A DNA stretch of 64,000 nt from an uncultured virus (IMG/VR IMGVR_UViG_3300032257_000007) (IMGVR_UViG_3300032257_000007); one strand, 5' to 3'; shown: positions 30,001 through 40,531, counted from the first letter of the stretch. The notes: generated by a model not told the origin, from the sequence alone. Translations and numbers: made by a program.

Positions 30001-30486
30001 ATGTACGATATTATAAATGAAGCAGACGGGTCTGTTGTTTACCAGTCAGAGATTTACCCAGAGATATTAGATGCTGGTCAGGTAGTTATTGAATCTCCAA
30101 TTCTTGGACTTACTGGCAATATTGAAACAGATATCTTATCTGCTATAGAGGCTATTAACGCTAAGGCTTCTCGTGAAATAGATGCAGGCTATATTGATGC
30201 AAATGGAGTAAGGTTCTCTTTATCGCAAACTGACCAGTTAAACTATAATGCTCTTGCGACAAGCCTTGCTCTTGGTGCCACAGGAATATCTGTATATGGT
30301 GAGCTTGGAGACAACCCTTACCATGAGGTAGCTCTTAATGATGTTGATGGAAAAGCTCTTCTTCTTGATATTATGGCATTTATTGAAGGTGTTCTTTCTT
30401 CTCACAGAGCAGTGAAAGTTTTAGTTGGAGCAGCAATATCTTCATCTGAGATCTCAACTATTTTATCTGACAACAATATAGTATAA
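30001..30486 (+). CDS. DUF4376-like tail fibre assembly/chaperone protein
   Basis: REIDAGYIDANGVRFSLSQTDQLNY...AAISSSEI. Confidence 0.55.
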   Translation: MYDIINEADGSVVYQSEIYPEILDAGQVVIESPILGLTGNIETDILSAIEAINAKASREIDAGYIDANGVRFSLSQTDQLNYNALATSLALGATGISVYGELGDNPYHEVALNDVDGKALLLDIMAFIEGVLSSHRAVKVLVGAAISSSEISTILSDNNIV

Positions 30487-30505
30487 TACTGCAAAAGGAT
30501 AACAT

Positions 30506-31363
30506 ATGGCTTTAGCTCTTAAAAGTGGTGCATTTTATGATAATGACAATCCATGGAACGTGATTATCATAGCAGATGACCAGGATGGGAATAACTATGA
30601 GATTTTATTTAATGAGGTCGATCAAGTTGCATACACGGCACTTACTTTGGATCCTCCTACTAATAATAGTATTTTTACTGATGAGTACACTGATATGCTG
30701 TGGGCCCTTCATACAGATAATGGGTTTTTCAATATCGAACAGCACACACTTGACCACCTGCGTGGAAATGGTGCAGAAGGCGCAAAAAGAGTAAGTGTTC
30801 CATTTAATGTAAAAGTTGATACGCATCATGATCATTATGACTTAGCTGACCGTTTGAAAGTTACATTTATTAATGACAAGACAGGCGGTACTGCCGTATA
30901 TGATGCCTCTGTATTTACAGAAATCATAAAAGATGTAGTTGCATCGGCCACTACAACAACTGCCATTGTTCCATCAGGGTCAATTGTTATTCCTGTTCCA
31001 AATGGACATACTATTGAAGCTGGAGACGTTATCAAGATCAACTATGCTGGAAACATTGAATATAAATATGTGAAGCTTGCTGATGCTACAAATCTTGTAG
31101 TAAAAACTCCTCTTGAGCATGACTATGCAGCTACTTCTCAGATAGACAGAGTCGGAAACACAGGTATCTACCAAGCGGTTGCAATCTGTTATGCTGCTGG
31201 ACCTCACTCTGCAATCATTACTACTCCAAGAGAAAATGTTTTGGTCTCTATGGACATTTTATCCGAGACAGAAGTTGAGGCGAGTATGAAAGCGGACAAA
31301 ATCAAAGAGATGCTTGCAGATGCTGAGAAACGACAGCAACATGTATTCATCGGACATGCATAA
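30506..31363 (+). CDS. Virion protein, paralog of 26802..27383 with an N-terminal extension
   Basis: Shared F-x-E...IPV...GDV...VGNTGIY domain. Confidence 0.55.
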   Translation: MALALKSGAFYDNDNPWNVIIIADDQDGNNYEILFNEVDQVAYTALTLDPPTNNSIFTDEYTDMLWALHTDNGFFNIEQHTLDHLRGNGAEGAKRVSVPFNVKVDTHHDHYDLADRLKVTFINDKTGGTAVYDASVFTEIIKDVVASATTTTAIVPSGSIVIPVPNGHTIEAGDVIKINYAGNIEYKYVKLADATNLVVKTPLEHDYAATSQIDRVGNTGIYQAVAICYAAGPHSAIITTPRENVLVSMDILSETEVEASMKADKIKEMLADAEKRQQHVFIGHA

Positions 31364-31375
31364 AAAAGGAATAGT

Positions 31376-31714
31376 ATGAAAATCGTAGAACAAATGAAAC
31401 AGACTGGTGCCCACCTAAGAAAAATATGGGTTGAAGTGCCAGAAGAAATGAACAAGTCTAAGGCGATGAGAACTCAAGAAGTTGAGAAGATTATCATTGA
31501 AATCATCAGAGATGACCTTTCTATCTTACTTTTTAATGGTGATGAGCAATCTCAAGAGAGAATGCACAGAAGTTACACGGTGATGAAAGACATGAACCTA
31601 GCTACTGTTCCTTGGAGAATGGAAGATGGTAAAACTTTTGAGGTTACTTCTGGTGAGCTTCTCGAAGCGCTATACAAATCTGGCATGGAGCAATCAGCTC
31701 TATGGTTTGCATAG
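31376..31714 (+). CDS. DUF4376-like tail fibre assembly protein
   Basis: FNGDEQSQERM...WRMEDG...EVTSGELLEAL...QSALW. Confidence 0.65.
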   Translation: MKIVEQMKQTGAHLRKIWVEVPEEMNKSKAMRTQEVEKIIIEIIRDDLSILLFNGDEQSQERMHRSYTVMKDMNLATVPWRMEDGKTFEVTSGELLEALYKSGMEQSALWFA

Positions 31715-31724
31715 GTAGCTAATT

Positions 31725-32294
31725 ATGGGCTTTCCGTTAAATCCATCAGAGGGGACGCAATATGTTAGCCCTGGTGGAGTTAAATACACATATGTTTCTG
31801 CAACAAGAGCATGGAATAAAGAGCAGGGTGCTGCGGCAATACCTATTGAATACAACATCACTGTAGCTCAGGATACGATTGAATTAATCAATGAGTACCA
31901 TCTTAACTCTCCATTTAGTGATGCTACGATTTCAAGTCTAGTTATAGCTAATGACAATGATGAGTACATCTACATGAACGACAGTGGACTTGCTAGCTCT
32001 AGCACTGTCACTGAAAACCTGTTTGACAACTTTAGCGACTCGACAATATCCTCGACTGTCATATCTTCTGATGCAGATGAAATTCTATATATGAATGACA
32101 ATGCGATGGAAACGTCAATTTTACTAGACCTAGAGCCATTTAATGACTTTAGTAACTCATTAACCTCATCAATGCTTCTTTTCGATTCAGATTTTTCTTC
32201 TGCTCGAGAAGAGGTATCGACATACGCTATTGATTTTAGCGTGTTTGATGAGTTTAATGCACCACTAGTAACAACACACACAATCACACTATAA
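31725..32294 (+). CDS. Acidic repeat-containing virion protein
   Basis: FPLNPSEGTQY...YTY...W N-terminal motif; about 39-aa internal repeats. Confidence 0.5.
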   Translation: MGFPLNPSEGTQYVSPGGVKYTYVSATRAWNKEQGAAAIPIEYNITVAQDTIELINEYHLNSPFSDATISSLVIANDNDEYIYMNDSGLASSSTVTENLFDNFSDSTISSTVISSDADEILYMNDNAMETSILLDLEPFNDFSNSLTSSMLLFDSDFSSAREEVSTYAIDFSVFDEFNAPLVTTHTITL

Positions 32295-32305
32295 AAGGAC
32301 AATGA

Positions 32306-32494
32306 ATGTTTATCTATTTTGATTTAAAAACAAAAGAGATCTTCGCTACAAGAGAAGATGGGATAGATTTCCCAGCAAAAGGAACCATAGGAGTAGACTA
32401 TGGCAAGGAAGAGGTTATTGACTACGTTCAAGGACTGTACACAGTAGATGATTCAACATCACCTATAACTTTAATACCAATCACTGAAGGATAA
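32306..32494 (+). CDS. Small tail-associated protein
   Basis: 62 aa; AAAAGGA RBS. Confidence 0.5.
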   Translation: MFIYFDLKTKEIFATREDGIDFPAKGTIGVDYGKEEVIDYVQGLYTVDDSTSPITLIPITEG

Positions 32495-32498
32495 CACT

Positions 32499-34022
32499 AT
32501 GGCAATCACAAAGACACTTGTTCTAACAAACGAACTTAATGACTACTTTTTTAGAGTTCATGATAAATTCATGCAAAACGAACTGTATCAGATTCCTCTT
32601 ACTGTGTATCGTCCTAAAGCTATGCTTTTTGATAAAACTAGAGGTATTTTATGGGTTGCCCCAAATACAACTGGTAAAGTGTACAAGTATTCATTGACTG
32701 ATATTGGTTACACATTAGAAGGAGAAATTACTGTATCTACATATTGTGGACTTAACGGAATGGCTCTAGATGAGAATACTGGAGACGTGTATCACATTAA
32801 CTATACTGGTACTACGATATCTAAGATTCCTGGTGCTGGAATTTCAGTATCTACTACTCTTACTGTAGTAACACCTTCTGGTGCTCAAAGCTATCCAGCT
32901 CTCGAATTCATCGAAGAACGTGATGAGCTCATGGTAGTATGGGAGTACAGCAACACGTCTCCAGACCACAACTTGTCTTTACTTACTAGAGTAGACAGCA
33001 GCTTGATTTCTTACGAACACTTTGCGAACTACGGTAGACAGTTTGGGTACTACTATAGATATACTGGCAGCACTAGATGTAAAGGTTCTCACTCTTCATT
33101 TGATAATAACCAGGCTTCTTACAATAGAGTATCTAAAAAGATGATCTATGCAATGGACAACCTTGGAAACTACTCTTTTGGAGGATTTTTATCAATAGAT
33201 CCAGTGACTGGTCACATAGATGTCTGGAGTGCTGCTGATCTAGATACAAAAAATATCGCTACTGTCAGTTCTATTTTTGTTGGTAGAGACTCTGGTACTA
33301 TCTACTGTATTCTTGGAAATGACGTATATAAAGTCTCTCCTGGATTGAAATTCATTAAGAAGTTTACTGTTCTTGGCCAAGGTGCTGACCACATGACATT
33401 CAATGATGTTTCTGAAGAGTTCTATGTTTCTGATTATGCGAATAACTCAGTGCACGTATACACTTCTAATGGTGATCATGTTCTTACTAAGACTAGCTTT
33501 GTGAATGACGTTGAGACAACTAAAATAGCATCTGCTGCATCTGATTCAACAGGTAACTATATCACTCCTGCAAGAATTGTTAATCCTAACAATGCTGCAA
33601 CTTTTACTGACGATACTCCTACAGTTGTATTTAATGTTGGTTCTAACCCTATTGGATGGACACAACAGTTTAGACTTATTGCTGATACGGATGAGACTGT
33701 AATTGGTACTGGCGATGCGAACACTGCTTATGCTAGAGTATTCGATAGCTGGTTGGCTGGAACAAGCTACAATGACGCTGGTTGGGAATATTCAACTGAT
33801 CATGATGAGACAAATGAAGTTGACCCTCTAAACGGAACGTGGGCACCTCTTGGTTCAGGTGAAGCTCTTAGATCAGGTGCATTAAACATTACTGATGGTC
33901 TTGATGCAAATGTTGCTAACTACTATGTGAGAATGACTTTCCCTGCTATCTCTGCCCTTACTGGTGCAGCATCTAATACTCAGTGGTTCTTCAAAGTATA
34001 CAGCTACTCAAAAGCGGTATAA
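32499..34022 (+). CDS. YncE/NHL-like beta-propeller virion protein
   Basis: Blade repeats PKAMLFDKTRGILWV, LNGMALDENTGDVY, DHMTFNDVSEEFYVSDYANNSVHVY. Confidence 0.6.
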   Translation: MAITKTLVLTNELNDYFFRVHDKFMQNELYQIPLTVYRPKAMLFDKTRGILWVAPNTTGKVYKYSLTDIGYTLEGEITVSTYCGLNGMALDENTGDVYHINYTGTTISKIPGAGISVSTTLTVVTPSGAQSYPALEFIEERDELMVVWEYSNTSPDHNLSLLTRVDSSLISYEHFANYGRQFGYYYRYTGSTRCKGSHSSFDNNQASYNRVSKKMIYAMDNLGNYSFGGFLSIDPVTGHIDVWSAADLDTKNIATVSSIFVGRDSGTIYCILGNDVYKVSPGLKFIKKFTVLGQGADHMTFNDVSEEFYVSDYANNSVHVYTSNGDHVLTKTSFVNDVETTKIASAASDSTGNYITPARIVNPNNAATFTDDTPTVVFNVGSNPIGWTQQFRLIADTDETVIGTGDANTAYARVFDSWLAGTSYNDAGWEYSTDHDETNEVDPLNGTWAPLGSGEALRSGALNITDGLDANVANYYVRMTFPAISALTGAASNTQWFFKVYSYSKAV

Positions 34023-34032
34023 GGAGTAACTG

Positions 34033-34263
34033 ATGGCAGATTTTCCAGTTGATACACTAAGAGCGAATAGAATCGTTCTTGGTGGAAAAGATGTTTCACA
34101 AGACCTTGGTGGCTCTAATATGAAAACCGTGTTAGTACTGCCTACCCCAGCTCTTGCTTATTTTGAAAAAATGGTTTTCGTAGTAGGTGACAGAGCCTAT
34201 ATTGGCACTTCAAACGTAGAGACACCAACTTCGGACACAGAAGTGTTCTGGGTTGAGGTCTAA
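34033..34263 (+). CDS. Small virion protein with MADFPVDxLRANRIVL N-terminus
   Basis: AAGGAG RBS; N-terminus shared with 27467. Confidence 0.55.
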   Translation: MADFPVDTLRANRIVLGGKDVSQDLGGSNMKTVLVLPTPALAYFEKMVFVVGDRAYIGTSNVETPTSDTEVFWVEV

Positions 34264-34265
34264 TA

Positions 34266-34275
34266 TGCTATAATT
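34266..34275 (+). promoter_or_regulatory. Extended -10 promoter TGCTATAATT
   Basis: Intergenic, upstream of ATG 34298. Confidence 0.65.
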
Positions 34276-34297
34276 ACTCAAAAAACTTGGGTAATTA

Positions 34298-35203
34298 ATG
34301 CAGCATTCAGAGATACGATCAAAATTAGAAACAGTATCATTGTTCTCAAAAACAGTTAGTCTAAACACTGACTGTCTTGTTTACAAGCTTGCTGAAGATA
34401 ATTCTTTCACTCAAGTCCCTTACACTCCTGATATCATCAACATCTATGGCGATGTATACAAGACGGACATAACTCTTCCAGACGAAGACTGTCTTTTATG
34501 TATCCTATTTAAAGAACAACCTATCTTTATAAGAGTCGGTGAACCTACGGTTAGGTTTCTTTACTACTCAGGATTAGCAGCAGAAACTATTGCTTACTCT
34601 CAGTTTTTATCTAATGGTCTTCAAGTTGGTACTGGAAATCTTTCCGAGCTTGGATTTGGATTCTATCAATTCACTCCTTCCGATTTAAGCTTATCCATAA
34701 TAGAGGTTAATGATCACCCGTTTATAGTAAAAGTACCATACCTTGTCACAAATGTTGCACCGCCATCAACTGGCGGACACCAAGCAGATGGGTACTTTGC
34801 TGATACAGGATATAACTTCTTTGGCTTCTTGGGAGAAACAAACTCTTACTTTGATTTAGGTCAAGGCAAGTGGGTTAATGATCCAACCAGGACCGCAAAA
34901 GCAAGTGATATCGGTAGAGCTGTTGCAGACAGATATACTCTTGAGTGGACAGACAATACTCTTCCTAACTGGATCGGTAACTACGTTAAATATATCAGAA
35001 CATACAATGAAGAAACCAAAAGGTTTATGGTTTACACTCCATCGATCACTCCAGAAGACAATATCAATAACTTCGACCTGACAACTGTGGATGAGCTTGA
35101 TAATCATGTTGTGCGTGGTGTTCAAATCCTTCTTATACAAGACCTTGAGACTATCGTTGAAGGTAGTGTTGGTACAATCATTGACTTCAGAGAGGTTGTG
35201 TAA
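34298..35203 (+). CDS. Virion protein; C-terminal domain shared with 37718..38977
   Basis: TY...RFxxYxPxxT...NNFxL motif in both proteins. Confidence 0.5.
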   Translation: MQHSEIRSKLETVSLFSKTVSLNTDCLVYKLAEDNSFTQVPYTPDIINIYGDVYKTDITLPDEDCLLCILFKEQPIFIRVGEPTVRFLYYSGLAAETIAYSQFLSNGLQVGTGNLSELGFGFYQFTPSDLSLSIIEVNDHPFIVKVPYLVTNVAPPSTGGHQADGYFADTGYNFFGFLGETNSYFDLGQGKWVNDPTRTAKASDIGRAVADRYTLEWTDNTLPNWIGNYVKYIRTYNEETKRFMVYTPSITPEDNINNFDLTTVDELDNHVVRGVQILLIQDLETIVEGSVGTIIDFREVV

Positions 35204-37710
35204 TGGGTTACGCTGTATATGGATATATTAAAGACGAAACATGTACCCCTATATCTGGTGCTACTGTTTACCCATACTTCAAAAAGGTAGATAGTGGGTC
35301 TGACCCGAGCAAATGGTCAACAAACCCATATTACACAGATGCAAATGGGTACTATTCATTTGATATTGAGGATGCCGACCTCCTTGATACTACTGGTAAC
35401 TACAAAAAAGGACAAGATAAGTTCTATGTAGCAGTAGTTGCAAATAGTGGTGACATCAACGATCAAACTAAAGAGTCTTTGACTTTCACTAATGCATCAT
35501 TTTTTGTGCACACTCTTGTTGCTGGAGCAGATACATTTCAGTTTAATTTCTCTGCTCCATTAAAGAGATCACCGATAATAGATACTCATTCTTTTCCAGC
35601 AGCAGCCTTACTTACTAAACATAACTATACGATGTCTGAAACATCTCATGCTGATACAACATGGGAACTTGAGCCATGTTATGGATCTGAAGTTTCTCAA
35701 AAAAGCATATATGACTTGGTCCCTATCTTCCCTGGTCACACTTTGAAGGAGACGATTTATTCTTGGGACGAAAAGCCACCTGTAGTGTCAACCACAAATT
35801 CAAGTGACACATATCAGTTCTCTGCGGCAGGCAACTATAACCTTAAGATAACAGTATGGGAAAACTGGAATACTTTTACTGAGGTTACTCAAGCTGTAAC
35901 AGTAAAATACAATGCTCCGACTCCAGATTTCCATTGGACTCCAACACAAACTAATAGTGGTCAGATAAAAGGGCAAGAGACAATTACTTTCACAAATGAC
36001 ACTTCAGACCTTGATGGAAGAAGTGATACTGTGTATACATATGACTGGACAATAGAAGACACTCTATATGATGGTCTCACAGACAACACGCAGACAGTTT
36101 CTAATGTTGGCAAGCTCATAGCACCAACTCATCAGTTTCAGTCTCCTGGCACAAAAAATGTAACGCTGAAGGTATATTGGAATGACGGGTTTAATGACTT
36201 GACTGATACGATCACAAAACAGATAGTTATACACCCTTTTGATATTGTGCCATCTTTCTCTTGGACACCAGACACTCCAGAGAATAGAGGGCAGACGATT
36301 ACTTTTGATCCAGACTCTACATCTGGCGATGTTGATAAGATTGTTAAGTATGACTGGATCATAGAAGACAACTATCCAGCTCCAGATCCTATTAATTCGC
36401 TCTATACTTTTTCAGATTTAGAGACATCTAAATATAATGAGGGGTCTCCTGATAATACTGTGTTAGTAGACAATGAATATACTTTTGCGAATACACATTA
36501 CCCTACGCTTAAGTTCCATAGTGTGATACAGAAGAATGCAGCTCTTACAATCACGTATTATAATGGATGGGTTAATGTTACTGAGTCTATCTCCAAAACA
36601 GTAACTCCTTCTAAATACGACTTAACTCCAAATTTCAGTGCTTCCAATTATGCCCCAAGAGGCAGAGCTGAGACTGTTACGTTAACAAACACAACATCTG
36701 ACACAAATCTATTACAGTACACTATTGATTGGCTTGTAAGTGATTATTTCATGGAGTGCAACCTTGACAACCCTACACCAGGTGTTGTTGCAGATAATAG
36801 CGATGAAGCTCTTGGCGTCATTCCATCTACAACATTCCAGCACAACTATCAAAATATAGCTGCCAATGAAGCAAAGCTTGTTATTAGGTATGATGATGGG
36901 TGGCAAATGAAGACTGAAGAGATAGCTAAAGATATAGACCCTGTGGTTTATCCTAGTCCTACACCAGACTTCTCATGGTCTCCATTAGTCCCTGTAAGCA
37001 GAGATGTTCAAGTAACATTCTCAGATGAAACCTCAGATCCTGATGCTAGACACATTGCAAGCACTTGGGTGATTGTAGACAAGTTTGATATAAACAACCC
37101 TGACAATCCAGATTATGGTGGATCGGAACCAGACAATACTGCCACTTTCAGTAGAGTTGCTAGAATATTTCAGCCAACTCACTTCTTTCAAAAGCAAGAG
37201 GATAAGACAATATCTTTGGAGTATTTTTATGATGATGGGTTTTGTGAAAAGAGTGTTCAAGTAAATCAGCTTCTTGGTACAGATCTATACACACTGAATG
37301 CTGATTTTACAACAGACACCCTTCCAGTTAATGATGGGTTTGTAGGGAAGATAGAAGTTGTTTATACGAACACCACTCCAGACCCAAGTGGAAGAATGCT
37401 TGATGTTGATTGGGAATGGAATGATAGAGATGGATTAAATCTTGACGCTGATCACATAAGCAATGTGAATGATGCGATTCCTAGTACTCCACAACCTTTT
37501 ACATTTATGTATCCATCCAGAAGTCCTTTCAGTGCTATAGGCGGAGACACTGTTCAGAATATTAACAAAGATGTTTATCTTAATGTGCGATACGATGATG
37601 GTTGGCAAGACCAAGCATTTACAAGTATCACTAAGAACTATGAGGCTTCTCCGAAAGAATTATCATCTGAGATTAGCTATAATTGTAACATCACAAATTA
37701 CACACACTAG
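35203..37710 (+). CDS. PKD/Ig-like repeat virion protein
   Basis: Repeated PDFxWxP...TFTNxTSD...YDWxI...PTHQF...(Y/W)(D/N)DG units; N-terminal GYIKDETCTPISGATV...TDANGYY. Confidence 0.7.
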   Translation: MGYAVYGYIKDETCTPISGATVYPYFKKVDSGSDPSKWSTNPYYTDANGYYSFDIEDADLLDTTGNYKKGQDKFYVAVVANSGDINDQTKESLTFTNASFFVHTLVAGADTFQFNFSAPLKRSPIIDTHSFPAAALLTKHNYTMSETSHADTTWELEPCYGSEVSQKSIYDLVPIFPGHTLKETIYSWDEKPPVVSTTNSSDTYQFSAAGNYNLKITVWENWNTFTEVTQAVTVKYNAPTPDFHWTPTQTNSGQIKGQETITFTNDTSDLDGRSDTVYTYDWTIEDTLYDGLTDNTQTVSNVGKLIAPTHQFQSPGTKNVTLKVYWNDGFNDLTDTITKQIVIHPFDIVPSFSWTPDTPENRGQTITFDPDSTSGDVDKIVKYDWIIEDNYPAPDPINSLYTFSDLETSKYNEGSPDNTVLVDNEYTFANTHYPTLKFHSVIQKNAALTITYYNGWVNVTESISKTVTPSKYDLTPNFSASNYAPRGRAETVTLTNTTSDTNLLQYTIDWLVSDYFMECNLDNPTPGVVADNSDEALGVIPSTTFQHNYQNIAANEAKLVIRYDDGWQMKTEEIAKDIDPVVYPSPTPDFSWSPLVPVSRDVQVTFSDETSDPDARHIASTWVIVDKFDINNPDNPDYGGSEPDNTATFSRVARIFQPTHFFQKQEDKTISLEYFYDDGFCEKSVQVNQLLGTDLYTLNADFTTDTLPVNDGFVGKIEVVYTNTTPDPSGRMLDVDWEWNDRDGLNLDADHISNVNDAIPSTPQPFTFMYPSRSPFSAIGGDTVQNINKDVYLNVRYDDGWQDQAFTSITKNYEASPKELSSEISYNCNITNYTH

Positions 37711-37717
37711 GTAGAAA

Positions 37718-38977
37718 ATGGCATGTACTATTTACGGTCAAGAGACCGTTGAATTCACTCTCAGCATAACTGATACTCATTCTGCTATAGTGCACACCAC
37801 TACCGACTGGGACATAGAAGATATCCTTCTTGATCTAACAGATAATACTCAGGTGATAACCGATGTCCTGTACACAGTTAAGCCCACTCACCAGTTCCAA
37901 AGTTCTGGCGTAAAAACTATTACAGCGATAACTGACTTTGATGATGGCTGGGGAAATGTTTACCAACATGAAACATTATTAGATGTAGAGCCTATACCAT
38001 ATGACCCTCCTACTATGGATTTCTCATGGACACCTCTAAATCCAACAGTAGTTGATATGGTAACTTTTTCTCAAGATCATAATGACACAAGAGATTTGAC
38101 GAACACAAAAGGGAGAATAGATGAAGTACGAGTGGATTTTCACAATGATGGTTTTGATGTGGTTGATATTAATGGAGATGGTGTTGCTACTAATGATATT
38201 ATTGGTGATACCGATCAATTCTATAATCAGTTTGTTTCAAAAGAAACAGGAATACCAATCACCGTTGAAGCGACTTACTGGGACGGATGGGAACATCAAT
38301 TAGTAGATATCACTAAGAGCCTAGATATGTCTAATATACCTCCTGTAGCAGACTACAATACTGCTCAGGATGGGATATGTGTCCCAAGTTATGTTTGGAC
38401 TGCTACAAGTACGGATACGGACGATGACGACACTCTTCTTGCTCACTCATGGGAATTATTCCTAGAGCAAGGGGTTGACTGGGTATTGCTTGACAGCGGC
38501 ATGGGTACGACATTTACTTATCCGTTCCAGTTTGAAGGAACATACAAAGTGTCTCTTACTAGTGCAGATGTCGATGGGAGCACTGGTGTAAAAGAAGATG
38601 TGTTCCTTGTTGGATTTGATGCATGTAGTGCTGGTGGTGGAAGCTGCTCTGGTACAATTAAAATTCAAAACAATGCATGGCAGCTTATTGCTATCCCAAG
38701 AAACGTAGGGAATGTTAAAGAGTATTTCGTAGACAGACTTGCGACATCTTATGGTGTTGCACCTGAAAGCCTGATCGATATATGTAATACTTACATAGGT
38801 GGAGAGGGTCGATTTAGATCTTACATTCCAGGGGTAACTAATGCTGCAACAAGCAATAACTTCCCTCTTATATATGACGATGGTGTAAACAGAGAGATTA
38901 CTGGATTCTGGGTTAAGACATTTGATTTTACAGCAGCAACGGGACACGATGCGTTGCTCTTTAGTTGGGAGCTATAG
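37718..38977 (+). CDS. PKD/Ig-like repeat virion protein
   Basis: PTHQFQSSGVKTIT, DFSWTP, PPVADY...GTYKVSLTSADVDG. Confidence 0.7.
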   Translation: MACTIYGQETVEFTLSITDTHSAIVHTTTDWDIEDILLDLTDNTQVITDVLYTVKPTHQFQSSGVKTITAITDFDDGWGNVYQHETLLDVEPIPYDPPTMDFSWTPLNPTVVDMVTFSQDHNDTRDLTNTKGRIDEVRVDFHNDGFDVVDINGDGVATNDIIGDTDQFYNQFVSKETGIPITVEATYWDGWEHQLVDITKSLDMSNIPPVADYNTAQDGICVPSYVWTATSTDTDDDDTLLAHSWELFLEQGVDWVLLDSGMGTTFTYPFQFEGTYKVSLTSADVDGSTGVKEDVFLVGFDACSAGGGSCSGTIKIQNNAWQLIAIPRNVGNVKEYFVDRLATSYGVAPESLIDICNTYIGGEGRFRSYIPGVTNAATSNNFPLIYDDGVNREITGFWVKTFDFTAATGHDALLFSWEL

Positions 38978-40528
38978 ATGGCATTAAATATAAACTTTCA
39001 AGGTAATGTCGTTGATGAAAATGAAAACCCTATAGATTGTGTTTTTCAGGCGTTCTCAAACAATATATCGACTTGGAGCCTTACTCACACAACCGAAGCT
39101 CAGCAATACCAAGTCAATGCAGGTGACTCTGACTTGAACACTCAGACAGGAAGCTTGTCTGTTGGCGATGTCATTATGGTGGCATACTGGCAACCAGGCA
39201 ACGACAGAAATACTATCCTCGACAGATTTGCAGTTGTTGCTTTTGTATATGATGGTAATGATAATGTTGTTCAAGACGTACAGCTTAGACCAGCAATAAA
39301 ACCAGACTGTTCTTTTATCTTAGACAACTTTGGAGAGGTTGGCATACCTGTTACGGCAACATCTCAAGCCAGTGATATCTATCAGTGGGCATATGCAGGA
39401 AAAACACACTTCCATAGACATGACTGGTATGGACAGGTTGTATTTAACTCAGTAGGAATATCTGTAGATGAATTTAACTTTAACTTGACAGGATATGGCG
39501 TAGCCAACTCATATACATTCCTAGATTTCGGAGACTATACTGTACAACACAGGGTGGTTAACAACTATGGACAAGAGTCTATCTGTCAAAGAGATATCAG
39601 AATAACATTCAGACCACCAGTGCCTGGTTTAATAGTGACACCTAATGCGGTATCTGTCGGTAGTGATGCGACTGTAACAGCAACTATTCAAGATATTGAT
39701 AGCAGGATTGTGACAATAGACCATATCTTTGATGGATTTGAGATAGCAGTAAATGCAAATACCTCTTTTGCATACACAGAAAACCTGACTGAGTTCAGAA
39801 CTTATATTGCTACTCAATTTATAGACTGGGATGATGGGTTTGCGATTCAGACCATAGAATATAACTACCCGATCACTATGGACAATCTAGCACCTATTGT
39901 TGAGCTTTCTCTTACTGAGAGTGAAGAAGATAAGAGATACAAGATTTTCTCTAACTCTTATGATATAGATGGGACTGTAGATAATGTTTGCTGGGAACTG
40001 TATTATGGAAACTTTCTATCAGATGGTCTACCAGGCCCATTCTTTGACTGTAAAGATTCTGTTCTTAATCCGACTCCTTCTTATGTGAAAATATATGAGA
40101 AGTGTGATGTGCTGCAGACAGAGCTTGACATGCTATTTGCCATCAAAGGGCTGTACAAAGTAGTCGTTACTGCTACAGACAACCTTGGGGCGACTGGATC
40201 TAGTGAGATTGAGTTTAATGTAGATAGAGTATGTCTTGGTGAAACAACTGCTGAAGGTGATTGTTCTGGAGCTGTTGAGCTTGCAATCAATAACTACAAG
40301 AAAGAGCTTGAACTTAGAAATAGAGAAGATGGCAAACCTGGTCTTATTGTTGTACAAGATGGTAGAGCTTCTGGATCTGCTTCTGGTAAAGTTGGTGGTC
40401 AAATCGATGGTAACATCCAAGCATCAGATCTTACTGGTAAAATTGATACTAACTTAGATGGAAATATCGGTGGTGGAACAATCAGTGGTGGAATAGGCGG
40501 TAAAATGTCTGGGAAGGTTAAGAAGTAG
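38978..40528 (+). CDS. PKD/Ig-like repeat virion protein with a Gly-rich C-terminus
   Basis: GDYTVQHRVVNNYG, GLYKVVVTATDNLG; C-terminal G-rich repeats. Confidence 0.65.
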   Translation: MALNINFQGNVVDENENPIDCVFQAFSNNISTWSLTHTTEAQQYQVNAGDSDLNTQTGSLSVGDVIMVAYWQPGNDRNTILDRFAVVAFVYDGNDNVVQDVQLRPAIKPDCSFILDNFGEVGIPVTATSQASDIYQWAYAGKTHFHRHDWYGQVVFNSVGISVDEFNFNLTGYGVANSYTFLDFGDYTVQHRVVNNYGQESICQRDIRITFRPPVPGLIVTPNAVSVGSDATVTATIQDIDSRIVTIDHIFDGFEIAVNANTSFAYTENLTEFRTYIATQFIDWDDGFAIQTIEYNYPITMDNLAPIVELSLTESEEDKRYKIFSNSYDIDGTVDNVCWELYYGNFLSDGLPGPFFDCKDSVLNPTPSYVKIYEKCDVLQTELDMLFAIKGLYKVVVTATDNLGATGSSEIEFNVDRVCLGETTAEGDCSGAVELAINNYKKELELRNREDGKPGLIVVQDGRASGSASGKVGGQIDGNIQASDLTGKIDTNLDGNIGGGTISGGIGGKMSGKVKK

Positions 40529-40531
40529 AGA

